This document shows positions 33,012 through 44,446 of a DNA stretch of 64,000 nt, one piece after another (positions within the stretch are counted from its first letter, which is position 1; the number at the start of each line of letters is the position of its first letter). The DNA lies in the NCBI GenBank assembly GCA_963829525.1, contig CAWHIJ010000003.1, positions 1,216,001 to 1,280,000 of the forward strand, written 5' to 3'. Under the pieces are notes generated by a model. The model was not told the DNA's origin. It worked only from the letters and a program-made list of their open reading frames with translations, and searched no databases. The position numbers and the translations under genes were made by a program. This DNA comes from an uncultured Actinomycetota bacterium (GTDB taxonomy: Bacteria > Actinomycetota > Actinomycetes > JAHEKZ01).

Positions 33012-34394
33012 GTGACCCCAGACCCCCTGACACCCGATCCGAAGGATGACACCGAGGCCGGACCAGAGGCCGACGGGCTGCTCGCCCTCGAGGTCGAACT
33101 CATCCGCCGTGCTCCAGAGTCGCAGATCGAACCCAGCCTGGACCGCGTGCGAGCCGTCCTCGACCTGATGGGCAGCCCGGAGCGGAGCTTTCCGTCGATT
33201 CATGTCGCCGGCACCAACGGCAAGTCGTCGACGACAGCGATGATCGACTCGCTGTTGACCGCTCATGGTCTGCGCACCGGCCGATTCACCAGCCCGCACC
33301 TGGAGACAGTGCGTGAGCGGATCCGGCTCGACGGTGAGCTGATCGACTCGGGCAGCCTGCTCGCTGCTTGGGAAGACCTCGCCCCTTTCATTGCGATGAT
33401 TGAAGCTGACGGCGGGCGTGCGCTGACCTTTTTTGAGGTGCTTACCCTGCTGGCGTTCGCCGCCTTCGCCGACGCCCCGGTCTCCGTCGGTGTCGTCGAG
33501 GTGGGGCTCGGAGGAGCCTGGGACTCGACCAATGTGCTCGAGCCGCCTGTGGGTGTGGTCATGCCGGTTGGGATGGATCACATGGACTGGCTCGGCGACG
33601 ACCTGGCCACCATCGCCGGTCAGAAGGCCGGGATCATCAAGCCAGGCATGGTGGTGGTGATCGCCGAGCAAGACCCGATCGCGTCCGACGTGCTGCTGGA
33701 ACGCGCAGCCGAGGTCGGAGCGACGGTGCTCCGTGAGGGCGTCGACTTCGGGATCCTCCAGCGTCAGGTCGCTGTCGGCGGGCAGATGCTCACGATCAAG
33801 GGCGTTGCCGGCACCTACGAAGACGTGTTCCTTCCAATGCACGGCGAGCACCAGGCTCGCAACGCTGCCTGTGCGTTGGTCGCCGTTGAGGCGTTCCTTG
33901 GCGGGGGCTCCGCCGCACTCGAAGGTGATCCGGTGGGAGAGGGGTTCGCCTCGGTGAGTGTGCCTGGCCGGCTCGAGGTGATTCGGCGCAGCCCCACCGT
34001 GCTGCTCGATGTGGCGCACAACCCGCACGGGATGGAGGCCCTGGCTGAGGCCGTGACGGACGCCTTCGCGTTCAACAGACTGGTGGGAGTGATCGGAGTC
34101 CTGAACGACAAGGATGCTGAAGGCATCCTGTCGGTGCTCGAACCGCTGCTGGCCGAGGTGGTCATCACCCGTTCGAACTCACCACGCGCAGTCGACCCGG
34201 ACGATCTCGGAGCGCTGGCCATCGACATCTTCGGTGAGGACCGAGTGATCATCGAGCACTCACTCCCGAACGCCATCGAGCAGGCGGTGACCGCCGCTGA
34301 GGACTCTGGCGACCTCGGTGGTGTTGGGGTGTTGGTAACCGGCTCGGTCACCGTCGTCGGTGAAGCTCGCTCCCTGCTGCGCTCACGCCGCTGA
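33012..34394 (+). CDS. folC: Folylpolyglutamate/dihydrofolate synthase
   Basis: GTNGKSST, FTSPHL, EVGLGG, DVAHNP, TGS. Confidence 0.95.
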   Translation: MTPDPLTPDPKDDTEAGPEADGLLALEVELIRRAPESQIEPSLDRVRAVLDLMGSPERSFPSIHVAGTNGKSSTTAMIDSLLTAHGLRTGRFTSPHLETVRERIRLDGELIDSGSLLAAWEDLAPFIAMIEADGGRALTFFEVLTLLAFAAFADAPVSVGVVEVGLGGAWDSTNVLEPPVGVVMPVGMDHMDWLGDDLATIAGQKAGIIKPGMVVVIAEQDPIASDVLLERAAEVGATVLREGVDFGILQRQVAVGGQMLTIKGVAGTYEDVFLPMHGEHQARNAACALVAVEAFLGGGSAALEGDPVGEGFASVSVPGRLEVIRRSPTVLLDVAHNPHGMEALAEAVTDAFAFNRLVGVIGVLNDKDAEGILSVLEPLLAEVVITRSNSPRAVDPDDLGALAIDIFGEDRVIIEHSLPNAIEQAVTAAEDSGDLGGVGVLVTGSVTVVGEARSLLRSRR

Positions 34395-34411
34395 GCGGGG
34401 AGACTGGGGGC

Positions 34412-34792
34412 ATGCGCGTCATAGCTGCCAGCGTGTTGACCTTCGAGGGTCTGATCGTGCTGCTCGCGATCCCTGTGGCAATCACGCTCGGCGGCGTCGA
34501 TCCGGGCGGGGCAATAGCTGGGGGAGTCGCGCTCGCGGTCGTCTGTCTGGTCGTGGCCGGTTCACTCTCGCGTCCGTGGGGCTACCAGGCGGGCTGGGTC
34601 GTCCAGGGCCTGGTGTTGGCCAGTGGGTTCGTTGTCCACGCCATGTTCTTGGTGGGCGGCCTGTTCGTGGTGCTCTGGGTGGTCGGCCTGAAAGTGGGCC
34701 GCAGAGGCGAGGAGCTGCACGACGAACGGTGGGCCGGGATCGAGCAGGGGATTGACGACCCGGGGGCCCCACCACCGGAGGCCGCTGGCTAG
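34412..34792 (+). CDS. DUF4233 membrane protein
   Basis: L.FE.., GW..Q, M...G..F pattern; conserved position between folC and ndk. Confidence 0.85.
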   Translation: MRVIAASVLTFEGLIVLLAIPVAITLGGVDPGGAIAGGVALAVVCLVVAGSLSRPWGYQAGWVVQGLVLASGFVVHAMFLVGGLFVVLWVVGLKVGRRGEELHDERWAGIEQGIDDPGAPPPEAAG

Positions 34793-34854
34793 AGTTTCGC
34801 CCGTCCTGGTCGGCGTCGCCGGCCCGCCTGCAGGCAGCTTCTGAGGAGTTCTTC

Positions 34855-35262
34855 GTGTCCGAGCGCACCCTTGTCCTCGTCAAGCCGGACGGCGTCAGCC
34901 GTGGCCTCGTAGGAGAGGTGCTCTCCCGGATCGAGCGCAGGGGCTACTCTCTGGTCGCCGTCGAACTACGCACCCTGGACCGGGCCACAGCCGAGGCGCA
35001 CTATGGCGAGCACGCCGACAAGCCCTTCTTCGGTGACCTCGTCGCCTTCATCACCGGCGGTCCGCTGCTGGCCGCTGTGATCGAGGGTCCAGACGCCATC
35101 GAGGCCTGGCGGACCATGATGGGCGTCACCAACCCCATCAAGTCGGCCCCTGGCACCATTCGCGGCGACTTCGCCAACGTCATGCAGGAGAACCTGGTGC
35201 ACGGCTCGGACTCTCCGGAGTCGGCCGCCCGCGAGGTCGCCCTTTTCTTCCCCTCGCTCTAG
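34855..35262 (+). CDS. ndk: Nucleoside diphosphate kinase
   Basis: [20 protein letters not shown]. Confidence 0.97.
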   Translation: MSERTLVLVKPDGVSRGLVGEVLSRIERRGYSLVAVELRTLDRATAEAHYGEHADKPFFGDLVAFITGGPLLAAVIEGPDAIEAWRTMMGVTNPIKSAPGTIRGDFANVMQENLVHGSDSPESAAREVALFFPSL

Positions 35263-35385
35263 TCAAGGTCGAGACTTTTTCGAAGTTTTTGGGGGAGGGG
35301 CCGCGCGCGGGTATCCTGAGGCGCTGACGCCCGCCCGTTGTCGCGTCCCAGCAAGACGCGATTCCCCAGTTCTCGGAAGGCTCTC

Positions 35386-36414
35386 ATGAGCAACATGTCG
35401 TTCATCGGCCGTGACATGGCCGTCGACCTCGGCACCGCCAACACCTTGGTCTATGTCCGAGGCCGTGGTGTCGTCCTCAACGAGCCCTCGGTGGTCGCCA
35501 TCAACCAGACCTCCGGCGGAATCCTGGCTGTCGGTGCCGACGCCAAGAGAATGATCGGTCGCACCCCCGGCAACATCGTGGCGATCCGCCCGCTGAAGGA
35601 CGGCGTTATCGCAGACTTCGATACCACGGAGCGGATGCTCCGCTACTTCATCCAGAAGGTGCACAAGCGGCGTCATTTGGCCAAGCCACGCATTGTCGTA
35701 TGCGTGCCCAGCGGCATCACCGGTGTCGAGCAGCGTGCCGTCAAGGACGCCGGCTACGCGGCGGGCGCGCGCAAGGTCTACATCATCGAAGAACCCATGG
35801 CCGCCGCGATCGGTGCCGGTCTTCCGGTCCACGAGCCCATGGGCAACATGGTCGTCGACATCGGTGGCGGCACCACTGAGGTTGCGGTCATCTCGCTCGG
35901 TGGCATCGTCACTGCGCAGAGCATCCGCGTTGGTGGCGACGAGCTGGACAACGCGATCATCCACTACGTGAAGAAGGAGTACTCGCTGCTTCTCGGCGAG
36001 CGCACCTCTGAAGAGATCAAGATGGCGATCGGGTCAGCGTTCCCCATTCCGGACGAGCCGCACGCCGAGATTCGTGGCCGCGACTTGGTCTCCGGTCTGC
36101 CGAAGACGATCGTCGTCTCAGCTGAGGAGATTCGTAAGGCCCTCGAAGAGCCGGTCAACCAGATCGTCGACGCGGTCAAGACCACGCTCGACAAGTGCCC
36201 TCCTGAGCTTTCCGGCGACATCATGGACCGCGGCATCGTGCTGACCGGCGGCGGGGCGCTGCTCAAGGGTCTCGATGAGCGCCTCAAGCACGAGACCGGC
36301 ATGCCCATCCTGATCGCGGACAACCCACTCGACTCGGTGGCCCTGGGGTCCGGCAAGTGCGTCGAGGAGTTCGAGGCCCTACAGCAGGTCCTCATCTCCG
36401 AACCGCGCCGCTGA
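35386..36414 (+). CDS. mreB: Rod shape-determining protein MreB
   Basis: [23 protein letters not shown]. Confidence 0.97.
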   Translation: MSNMSFIGRDMAVDLGTANTLVYVRGRGVVLNEPSVVAINQTSGGILAVGADAKRMIGRTPGNIVAIRPLKDGVIADFDTTERMLRYFIQKVHKRRHLAKPRIVVCVPSGITGVEQRAVKDAGYAAGARKVYIIEEPMAAAIGAGLPVHEPMGNMVVDIGGGTTEVAVISLGGIVTAQSIRVGGDELDNAIIHYVKKEYSLLLGERTSEEIKMAIGSAFPIPDEPHAEIRGRDLVSGLPKTIVVSAEEIRKALEEPVNQIVDAVKTTLDKCPPELSGDIMDRGIVLTGGGALLKGLDERLKHETGMPILIADNPLDSVALGSGKCVEEFEALQQVLISEPRR

Positions 36415-36470
36415 GCCGACGTCCAAAGGGACTGAACGCTTCGATAACCGTCCCCTAGGCTGCGCTGACG

Positions 36471-37397
36471 ATGAGGGACACCCGCCGGACAAGGATTGTG
36501 CTCGCGGTGCTGCTGCTGACCGCGTTCACCTTCATCACCCTGGACGCCCGCGGTGGCGAAGGCTCCATCCTTGACAGGTTGCGTGAGACGGCGTCGTCGG
36601 TCCTCGGTCCGATCGAGCGTGCAGCGGCAGCTGTCGTGAACCCGGTTTCGGACTTCATCGACGGCGTCACGTCGATCAACGCCAACGCTGACCGGATCGA
36701 CGCGCTCGAGGCCGAAAACGATGAGCTGCGGCGCCAGCTGCTGACCGCACCGCTCGACCAGTCCCGCGTTGACGAGCTCGACAGCCTGCTTCGGGTTGCT
36801 TCTCTCGGCGCCTACAAGATCGTGCCCGCTCAGGTGATCGCGGTAGCCGCCGAGAACGGCTATGCCCGCACGGTGACCGTTGACGCTGGGACACGCGACG
36901 GGATCCATCGCGATCAAACCGTGCTCAATGGCGACGGTCTCGTCGGTCGGGTGATCGCCGCCGGACCAGGAACGGCGACGATCTTGTTGCTGACCGACCC
37001 CGAGTTCGGTGTCGGCTCCCGGCTGGCCGGGACGGGCGAGACGGGCTTCCTGCAGGGAAACGGTCGTGAGCCGCTCGCCCTGGAGCTCTACAACCCCCAG
37101 GCTGTGGTCGAGGCCGGCAACGTGGTCGTCACGGTCGGCAGCCCCAACGGCAGGCCTTTCGTCCCTGGAGTCCCGATCGGCAAGGTAACCGACGTCCTCG
37201 CCACGCCCGGCGGCCTCTCCCGCCTCGCTGAGGTGGAACCGTTCGCCGGGCTCACCTCCCTGGATCTGGTCGGCATCGTCATCGAGCCCCCCCGCCGCAA
37301 TCCCCGTGACGCTCTGGTGGCGCCGACCCCTGCGCCATCGGTCAGCCCGTCGCCGAGCACGACCTCATCGTCTCCGAGCCCCTCACCCTCGCCATGA
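36471..37397 (+). CDS. mreC: MreC
   Basis: N-terminal TM, coiled coil, GLVGRV, PG.PIG; Pro/Ser tail. Confidence 0.93.
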   Translation: MRDTRRTRIVLAVLLLTAFTFITLDARGGEGSILDRLRETASSVLGPIERAAAAVVNPVSDFIDGVTSINANADRIDALEAENDELRRQLLTAPLDQSRVDELDSLLRVASLGAYKIVPAQVIAVAAENGYARTVTVDAGTRDGIHRDQTVLNGDGLVGRVIAAGPGTATILLLTDPEFGVGSRLAGTGETGFLQGNGREPLALELYNPQAVVEAGNVVVTVGSPNGRPFVPGVPIGKVTDVLATPGGLSRLAEVEPFAGLTSLDLVGIVIEPPRRNPRDALVAPTPAPSVSPSPSTTSSSPSPSPSP

Positions 37398-37407
37398 GGT
37401 CGAGACA

Positions 37408-37920
37408 GTGACGTTCTCCCGAGTGCTTCTCAGCGCGATGCTCGTGATGAGCGCTGCCGTGCTACAGGTGACCGTGGTCAACCGACTCCCGCTCCCGGGC
37501 GCCGGTCCAGATCTCGTCCTGCTGGTCGTCATCGGCCTTGCAGTGGTGGTCGGCCCGACCGCGGGGGCCTCCATCGGATTCGGTGCTGGTCTGCTGGTCG
37601 ACTTCATGCCTCCGACAGCCACCGAAGTGGGCCGATGGGCACTGGTCTTCTGCGTGATCGGCTACCTCGCAGGACAGATCCAGGTTGACGCGCGACGATC
37701 GGCTCTGATCTTGCTCGGGGCAGTCGCGGGCCTGAGTGCTCTGGCTGCCCTGCTCTTCGCGGGGCTGGGTCTGCTCTTCGGCGATCCGCGGATCTCCGGC
37801 GATCTCGTCGTTTCCACAATGGTGTCCAGTGTTCTGTACGATCTGTTGCTAGCTCCCTTTGTGATTCCTGGTGTTATGGCACTCGCCCGACGCACAGCGC
37901 TCAATCCTTCGCTGGCCTAG
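37408..37920 (+). CDS. mreD: MreD
   Basis: PDLVLL, GF.AGLL.D; synteny. Confidence 0.9.
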   Translation: MTFSRVLLSAMLVMSAAVLQVTVVNRLPLPGAGPDLVLLVVIGLAVVVGPTAGASIGFGAGLLVDFMPPTATEVGRWALVFCVIGYLAGQIQVDARRSALILLGAVAGLSALAALLFAGLGLLFGDPRISGDLVVSTMVSSVLYDLLLAPFVIPGVMALARRTALNPSLA

Positions 37921-37940
37921 TTGCCATCAAGTATCGGACG

Positions 37941-37956
37941 TGTGATGCCCGTCACG
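37941..37956. promoter_or_regulatory. Candidate CRP/GlxR-type site upstream of mrdA
   Basis: TGTGA-tgcccg-TCACG in a 127-bp intergenic gap. Confidence 0.45.
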
Positions 37957-38047
37957 GCTATCTCAGGGAACGCCACCGCCGCGGTGGTCGTCAGTACTTG
38001 GGGACGCCGCTCTGACCGTCGACGACCGATGCCGCAAGGAGACGAGA

Positions 38048-40276
38048 GTGACCGACCGCTCGCGGACGCGTCTCATCGTCCTGCAGGTTCTCGCTTTCTC
38101 CCTACTTGCGGCGCTCGGCGGACGGCTTTGGTACATGCAGGTCGTGGCCGGTCAGGATTACCAGGCGGCTGCGTCGGAGAACCGAATTCGCGAGGTCGTC
38201 ACTCCCGCTGTCCGCGGTGCGATTCTCGATGCCCAGGGGCGCCCCTTGGTCCAGAACCGCACCTCACTGGTGGTCTCGGTCGACAGATCGACGATCCTGG
38301 ACCTGCCCAACGACGGTGAACGCGTTGTGCGCAAACTCGCCGATGTCCTGGGCGTTCCGTACAGCAAGCTCGACCGGCAGCTGACACTCTGCGGGTCTCC
38401 TGGCGCTGCCGAGCCGCCCATCTGTTGGAACGGTTCGCCCTACCAACCCATCCCCGTTGCCGAAGACGTTCCCTCCGACGTTGCTCTTCAGGTGATGGAG
38501 CGCAGCGAGGAGTTCCCCGGCGTCACCGCAGAGATGACAGCCGTGCGCGACTACCCGAAACCGTTCGGCGTCAACGCGGCCCACCTGCTCGGCTACATCG
38601 GCCCGATCAACGCAGAGGAGCTCGCGGCGGCGGAGAAGCAAGATGGGCGTCGCAGCAGCACCTACACCAACTTCGACCTCGTCGGACGCGCCGGCCTCGA
38701 GCAGGTGTACGACGAGTACCTGCGCGGCAAGCCGGGCGTCAAGAAGCTCGCGGTGGATTCGGCAGGCAACGTCACGGGGACGGTTGCCGAGCGACCGGCA
38801 ACACCAGGTGACTACCTGGTCACCAGCATCGACGCACATGTACAGAAGGTCGTCGAGGACCAGCTGAAGGCGGCGATCGACCGCGCCCATGTTGCTGGTG
38901 AGAACGGAACCGAGAGCGGGTACCCGGCCGACACCGGCGCCGCGATCGTCATGGAGGTCGACACCGGTCGCGTCGTAGCCATGGCCAGCTACCCGGACTA
39001 CAACCCAGAGGTCTGGGTCGGCGGAGTGACCAACGACCAGTTCGACCGCCTGCAGAGTGAGAAGGCGAACTACCCGCTCGTCAACCGCGCGATCGCTGGC
39101 GAGTACGCCCCGGCGTCGACGTTCAAGGTCGTGGGGGCGGCCGCCGCGGCAGCGGCCGGCTACAGCCTGAATGGGCCCTACGAGTGTTCGGATCAATTCA
39201 CTGTTCCGGGCTCAACCCAGTCGTTCACCAACTTTGAAGCTGGCATGAACGAGTACATGTCAGTTGCTCGCGCCCTTGAGGTCTCCTGCAACACGGTCTT
39301 CTTCAGACTCGCCTACAACATGTACGTCGACGAGGGCGGGCTGAACGCCGGCTCGGACGCTCCTGAGTACCTGATGAACACTGCTCGTGGGTTCGGGTAC
39401 GGCGCGCCCACCGGTGTCGATCTTCCCGGTGAGCAGGACGGCCGTATCCCCGACCGCCAGTGGCGCCGTGACTACTGGGAGGCCAACAAGGACTTCTACT
39501 GCAACTTCAAGGAGCAGGCAGCGCCCCAGGAACGCGACGACCCTTACCTCCAGAAGCTCTACGCCGAGCTCTGCGTCGACGGTGCGTTGTTCCGTCCGGG
39601 TGATGCCGTGCTGTCGGCGATCGGCCAGGGTGACGTCCTGTCCACCCCGCTGCAGACCGCGCGCGCGTATGCCGCCATTGCCAATGGCGGGACCCTCTAC
39701 CGTCCCCTGGTTGCGCGAGCGGTGATGTCACCAGATGGCAAGGTGGTGAAGGAGTTCGAGCCGAAGGCACAGGGACAGATTCCAGCAACTGACGCCACGA
39801 TCAAGTACATCCAAGATGCACTGGCGAGCGTGCCGGTGTCTGGGTCGGCGGCCTACCGCTATGTTGACTTCCCCCTCGATGCGCTACCGATTGCGGCCAA
39901 GACCGGTACCGGTCAGGTTGAGGGAAAGGCGACCACGTCTTGGTATGCCTCATACGCGCCGGCAAATGACCCGAAGTACGTCGTCTTGATGATGGTTCCC
40001 GAAGGCGGAACGGGGTCGGGAACGTCGGCTCCGAGCGTCAATGAGATCTACAAGGCGATCTTCGGGATCGAGGGCTCACAGCTGCTTCCGAGCAAGGCGA
40101 TCATCCCCGACGGCAAACCCATCACGAGCCTGCCGACGGTCAACCCGGACGGAACGATTGACCTTCCCAAGGATGACGGCCTACCCGGCTCGTCCGAGAG
40201 CGGGATCCCGGCCACCAACACCGAGGACAAGAAGTCCAAGCAGAACCGCCGACGTCGCAGGGCGAAGACGCCATGA
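38048..40276 (+). CDS. mrdA: Penicillin-binding protein 2
   Basis: RG.I.D..G, STFK, SCN, KTGT motifs. Confidence 0.95.
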   Translation: MTDRSRTRLIVLQVLAFSLLAALGGRLWYMQVVAGQDYQAAASENRIREVVTPAVRGAILDAQGRPLVQNRTSLVVSVDRSTILDLPNDGERVVRKLADVLGVPYSKLDRQLTLCGSPGAAEPPICWNGSPYQPIPVAEDVPSDVALQVMERSEEFPGVTAEMTAVRDYPKPFGVNAAHLLGYIGPINAEELAAAEKQDGRRSSTYTNFDLVGRAGLEQVYDEYLRGKPGVKKLAVDSAGNVTGTVAERPATPGDYLVTSIDAHVQKVVEDQLKAAIDRAHVAGENGTESGYPADTGAAIVMEVDTGRVVAMASYPDYNPEVWVGGVTNDQFDRLQSEKANYPLVNRAIAGEYAPASTFKVVGAAAAAAAGYSLNGPYECSDQFTVPGSTQSFTNFEAGMNEYMSVARALEVSCNTVFFRLAYNMYVDEGGLNAGSDAPEYLMNTARGFGYGAPTGVDLPGEQDGRIPDRQWRRDYWEANKDFYCNFKEQAAPQERDDPYLQKLYAELCVDGALFRPGDAVLSAIGQGDVLSTPLQTARAYAAIANGGTLYRPLVARAVMSPDGKVVKEFEPKAQGQIPATDATIKYIQDALASVPVSGSAAYRYVDFPLDALPIAAKTGTGQVEGKATTSWYASYAPANDPKYVVLMMVPEGGTGSGTSAPSVNEIYKAIFGIEGSQLLPSKAIIPDGKPITSLPTVNPDGTIDLPKDDGLPGSSESGIPATNTEDKKSKQNRRRRRAKTP

Positions 40277-41461
40277 CACTCGGTTACCCGCAGACGATTG
40301 CACCATCGCGGCGTCGGCGTAAGTCGCTCAGGTCGCGCGCGACCGGCCGAGACTCAATCCTGCGTCGCTTCGACTGGGTGCTCTTTGTCGCTGCCCTCGG
40401 TCTGAGCGTGGCCGGTGCGGTGTTCGTCTACTCCGCAACCCGCGTCGTGTCCGCGGGGGAGGACCCACAGGCGTATCTCAAACGCCACTTGCTCAACCTG
40501 GCCATCGGACTGGGCCTTGGGTTCGCCACGATGCTTTTCGACTACCGGACGCTGCGGGCCTATGCGCCGTTCGTGTACATCGCTTCGGTCATTGGACTCG
40601 TTGCCGTCCTTGTCGTCGGAACCGAGGTGAACGGGGCCCAGGCGTGGATTCAGCTGCCGGGCGGGTTCTCGATTCAGCCGTCGGAGTTCATGAAAGTCGC
40701 GCTTGCGGTCGGTCTGGCCATGCTGCTCGCCGAACGCCGCGACGGCGAGACCGAGCCAGCAGCTGCCTGATGTCGCGTTCGCGCTCCTCATCGCTGCCAT
40801 TCCGATCGGGCTGGTGATGCTGCAGCCAGATCTCGGCACGGCGGTCGTGATGGGCATGATCGTGCTGGGCATCCTGGCGGTTGCCGGCACGCGGCTTTGG
40901 TGGCTTGTCGCGCTGCTGGCGTTGGGTGTGCTCGGTGCTTTCATCGCAGTTCAAGGTCGGCGTGCTGGACCAGTACCAGATCGACCGGCTGCTGGCGTTC
41001 GCCAACCCCGATCTCGATCCTCAGGGCGTCGGCTACAACACGAACCAGGCTCGGATCGCTGTCGGGTCCGGTGGCTCTTTTGGCGCCGGTCTCTTCCAGG
41101 GCACGCAGACCGGAGGGGAGTTCGTCCCCGAGCAGCAGACCGACTTCATCTTCACCGTCGTCGGCGAGGAGCTCGGCTTCGTCGGCAGTCGCCGGTCTGC
41201 TCCTGCTCTTCGGCGTACTGATCTGGCGCGCGCATGCGCATCGCGATGCGGGCCGAGGATCTCTTCGGGACGCTGATGGCAACCGGCATCGTCTGCTGGT
41301 TCTCGTTCCAGATGTTCGAGAACATCGGAATGGTGATCGGGATCATGCCGGTGACCGGCGTCCCACTGCCCTTCGTCTCCTACGGCGGCACCAGCATGTT
41401 CGCCAACTGGATGGCCATCGGGCTGCTCGAGAACGTCCATCTGCGCCGCTCCGTGCGCTAG
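40273..41461 (+). CDS. rodA: RodA (SEDS), four +1 frameshifts, probably consensus artefacts
   Basis: [41 protein letters not shown] in successive frames. Confidence 0.93.
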
Positions 41462-41624
41462 CCCCACGCTCAGACGGTGGTGGAAAGTCTTCAGGGGGCT
41501 CTCAAGGCACACTCGGCGGGAACGGGCGGTGCCGCGTACCCTAGGGCCGGGTCCGGGCTCGCTGCATCTTCCTGGGCTCACGCCCATTTACCCCGGACGC
41601 GTCCCCACTCTGCGGAGGTTCTCT

Positions 41625-43584
41625 ATGTCGGCGGTTGAGGCTGAATCGGTCTTTCCCCGGCTCGAGGCGCTGCTACCGCTGGTGCAGAAGCCCATCCAGT
41701 ACGTCGGCGGCGAGCTGAACGCAGTCAGCAAGCAGTGGGAGTCCACCACGGTTCGTTGGGCGCTGATGTACCCGGACGCCTACGAGATCGGGTTGCCCAA
41801 CCAGGGCGTCCAAATCCTCTACGAGGTGCTCAACGAGCAGCCGAGACGTTCTGGCAGAGCGCACGTACTCGGTGTGGTCGGACCTCGAGACCCTCATGCG
41901 AGAGCACGGTGTCCCACAGTTCACTGTCGACGCGCACCGACCGGTTGGAGCTTTCGACGTCTTCGGCCTCTCGCTTCTCCACCGAGCTCGGCTACACCAA
42001 CATGCTCACCGCGCTCGACCTCGCCGGTATCCCGTTGCATGCAGCAGACCGCACCGACGAGCACCCGATCGTGCTGGCCGGTGGTCACGCTGCGTTCAAC
42101 CCTGAGCCGATCGCAACGTTCATCGACGCTGCTGTGCTCGGTGACGGTGAACAGGTGGCGCTGGAGATCACCGCTCTCATCCGCGACTTCAAGGCCGAAG
42201 GGTCGCCAGGTGGCCGTGAGCAGCTGCTGATGCGACTCGCGCAGACCGGCGGCGTATACGTCCCGGCCTTCTACGACGTCGAGTACCTCCCTGACGGCCG
42301 CATCAAGCGAGTCGTCCCCAACCGCCCCGGGGTGCCATGGCGGGTCAGCAAGCACACCGTCACCGACCTCGACGCCTGGCCGTACCCGAAGAAGCCGCTG
42401 GTGCCACTCGCCGAGAGCGTGCACGAACGCGCGAGCGTTGAGATCTTCCGCGGCTGCACGCGCGGATGCCGGTTCTGTCAGGCGGGCATGATCACCCGAC
42501 CTGTGCGCGAGCGCAGCATCACCGGCATCGGCGAAATGGTCGAGCAGGCGCTGCAGTCAACCGGCTTCGAAGAAGTCGGTCTGCTCTCCTCTCAAGCGCG
42601 GACCACTCCGAGATCAAGGGTGTCGCCAAGGGCCTGGCAGATCGCTACGAGGGCACCAACACCTCCCTCTCGCTCCCCAGCACGCGCGTCGATGCGTTCA
42701 ACATCGACCTCGCCAACGAGCTGAGCCGCAGCGGCCGTCGCTCAGGCCTGACGTTTGCACCGGAAGGTGGCAGTGAGCGAATCCGCCGGGTGATCAACAA
42801 GATGGTCACCGAGGAAGACCTCATCCGCACGGTCGCCACCGCCTACGGCAGTGGCTGGCGCCAGGTGAAGCTGTATTTCATGTGCGGGCTCCCGACCGAG
42901 ACCGACGAGGACGTCCTGCAGATCGCCACTCTCGCCCGCGAGGTGATCAAGACCGGACGCGAGGTCGCCGGCCGAAAGGACATCCGCTGCACGGTGTCGA
43001 TCGGAGGCTTCGTACCCAAGCCACACACTCCGTTCCAGTGGGCAGCACAGCTCGACCATGAGACGACGGACGCGCGGCTGGCCAAGCTGCGCAACAACAT
43101 CCGTGACGACCGCCAGTTCGGCAAGGCGATCGGATTCCGCTACCACGATGGCAAGCCCGGCATCGTCGAAGGACTGCTCTCCCGCGGTGACCGGCGCGTT
43201 GGCGCGGTGATCGAGGCGGTCTGGCGCGATGGTGGACGTTTCGACGGTTGGAGCGAGCACTTCAGCTTCGAGCGCTGGATGCGTTGTGCTGAGCAGGCGC
43301 TTGCGACCGAACCCGTCGACGTCGACTGGTACACCACTCGCGAGCGCGAGTTCTCCGAGGTGCTGCCGTGGGACCACCTCGACTCCGGCTTGGACAAAGA
43401 CTGGCTGTGGGAGGACTGGCAGGACGCGCTGAACGATGTCGAGGTCGAGGACTGTCGGTGGACGCCGTGCTTCGACTGCGGCGTCTGCCCGCAGATGGGC
43501 ACTGACATCGAGATCGGACCGACGGGTAAACAGCTGTTGCCGCTCACCGCAATCGGCGCCAACGCCTCGACGCTGCGAGCCTGA
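41625..43584 (+). CDS. TIGR03960 family B12-binding radical SAM protein (three frameshifts)
   Basis: KPIQYVGGE, YPDAYE, CTRGCRFC, terminal C..C..C; shifts at ~41843, ~41973, ~42588. Confidence 0.9.
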
Positions 43585-44366
43585 TGGCTCGCCAACCTCC
43601 GGTGCGGGACGTCGCACCAACCGTCCAGAAGCTGCGGGTCAGGTACGCCAAGCGGGGGCGGCTGCGGTTCACCAGCCACCGAGACATTCAGCGTGCCCTC
43701 GAGCGTGCCCTGCGGCGGGCAGGTGTCCCAATGGCTTACAGCGCCGGCTTCACCCCGCACCCCAAGATCTCGTACGCCGGGGCGGCGGCCATGGGGTCGG
43801 CCAGTGAGGCCGAGTACCTCGAGATCTCGGTCACCGAGCGGCTCGACCCAGATCGGGTAGGGGACGCCCTGGACGCCGCCCTGCCCCCAGGTCTGGACAT
43901 CATCGAGGTGGTCGAGGCAGCGCCTGGCGCCCTCGCCGATCTGCTTCAGGCGTCCGAGTGGCAGATCGAGCTTCCGGACGTTTCCGCAGGTCAAGCTGGT
44001 GAAGCAGCGGCCGCCCTGATGGCCGAGACCGAGGTCGAGGTGGAGCGGATGATGAAGTCAGGGCCGCGACGTTTCGACGCCAGGGGACCGATCGTCCGAC
44101 TCGCCACCGATGGCGGCACGACGGCCTCGGGGGCCCCCTGTGCGATACTGCGAACGGTGGTACGGCATGCAACACCCGCCGTGCGACCCGACGACATCCT
44201 CACCGCCCTGCGACAGGTGGCGGGCCTGACGCCGCCGGTCCCACCCATGGTGACCCGGCTGGCGCAAGGCCCCCTCGACCCGGAGAGCGGGACGGTGGCC
44301 GATCCCTTGGCCACTGACCGCGCCAGCGTTGGCGATGCCGTTGCGGCCGACCCGCACCCGCGGTAG
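43584..44366 (+). CDS. TIGR03936 radical SAM-associated protein (DUF2344)
   Basis: RYAKRGRLRFTSHRD, GF.PHPKIS. Confidence 0.9.
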   Translation: MARQPPVRDVAPTVQKLRVRYAKRGRLRFTSHRDIQRALERALRRAGVPMAYSAGFTPHPKISYAGAAAMGSASEAEYLEISVTERLDPDRVGDALDAALPPGLDIIEVVEAAPGALADLLQASEWQIELPDVSAGQAGEAAAALMAETEVEVERMMKSGPRRFDARGPIVRLATDGGTTASGAPCAILRTVVRHATPAVRPDDILTALRQVAGLTPPVPPMVTRLAQGPLDPESGTVADPLATDRASVGDAVAADPHPR

Positions 44367-44446
44367 GCCCAGACCTGACCGCCCCCAGAGGGGCCGAAGA
44401 CTTCGCCCGCGGCGGTGCGCCGCCCGGGCCGGATGGAGTTACCCGG

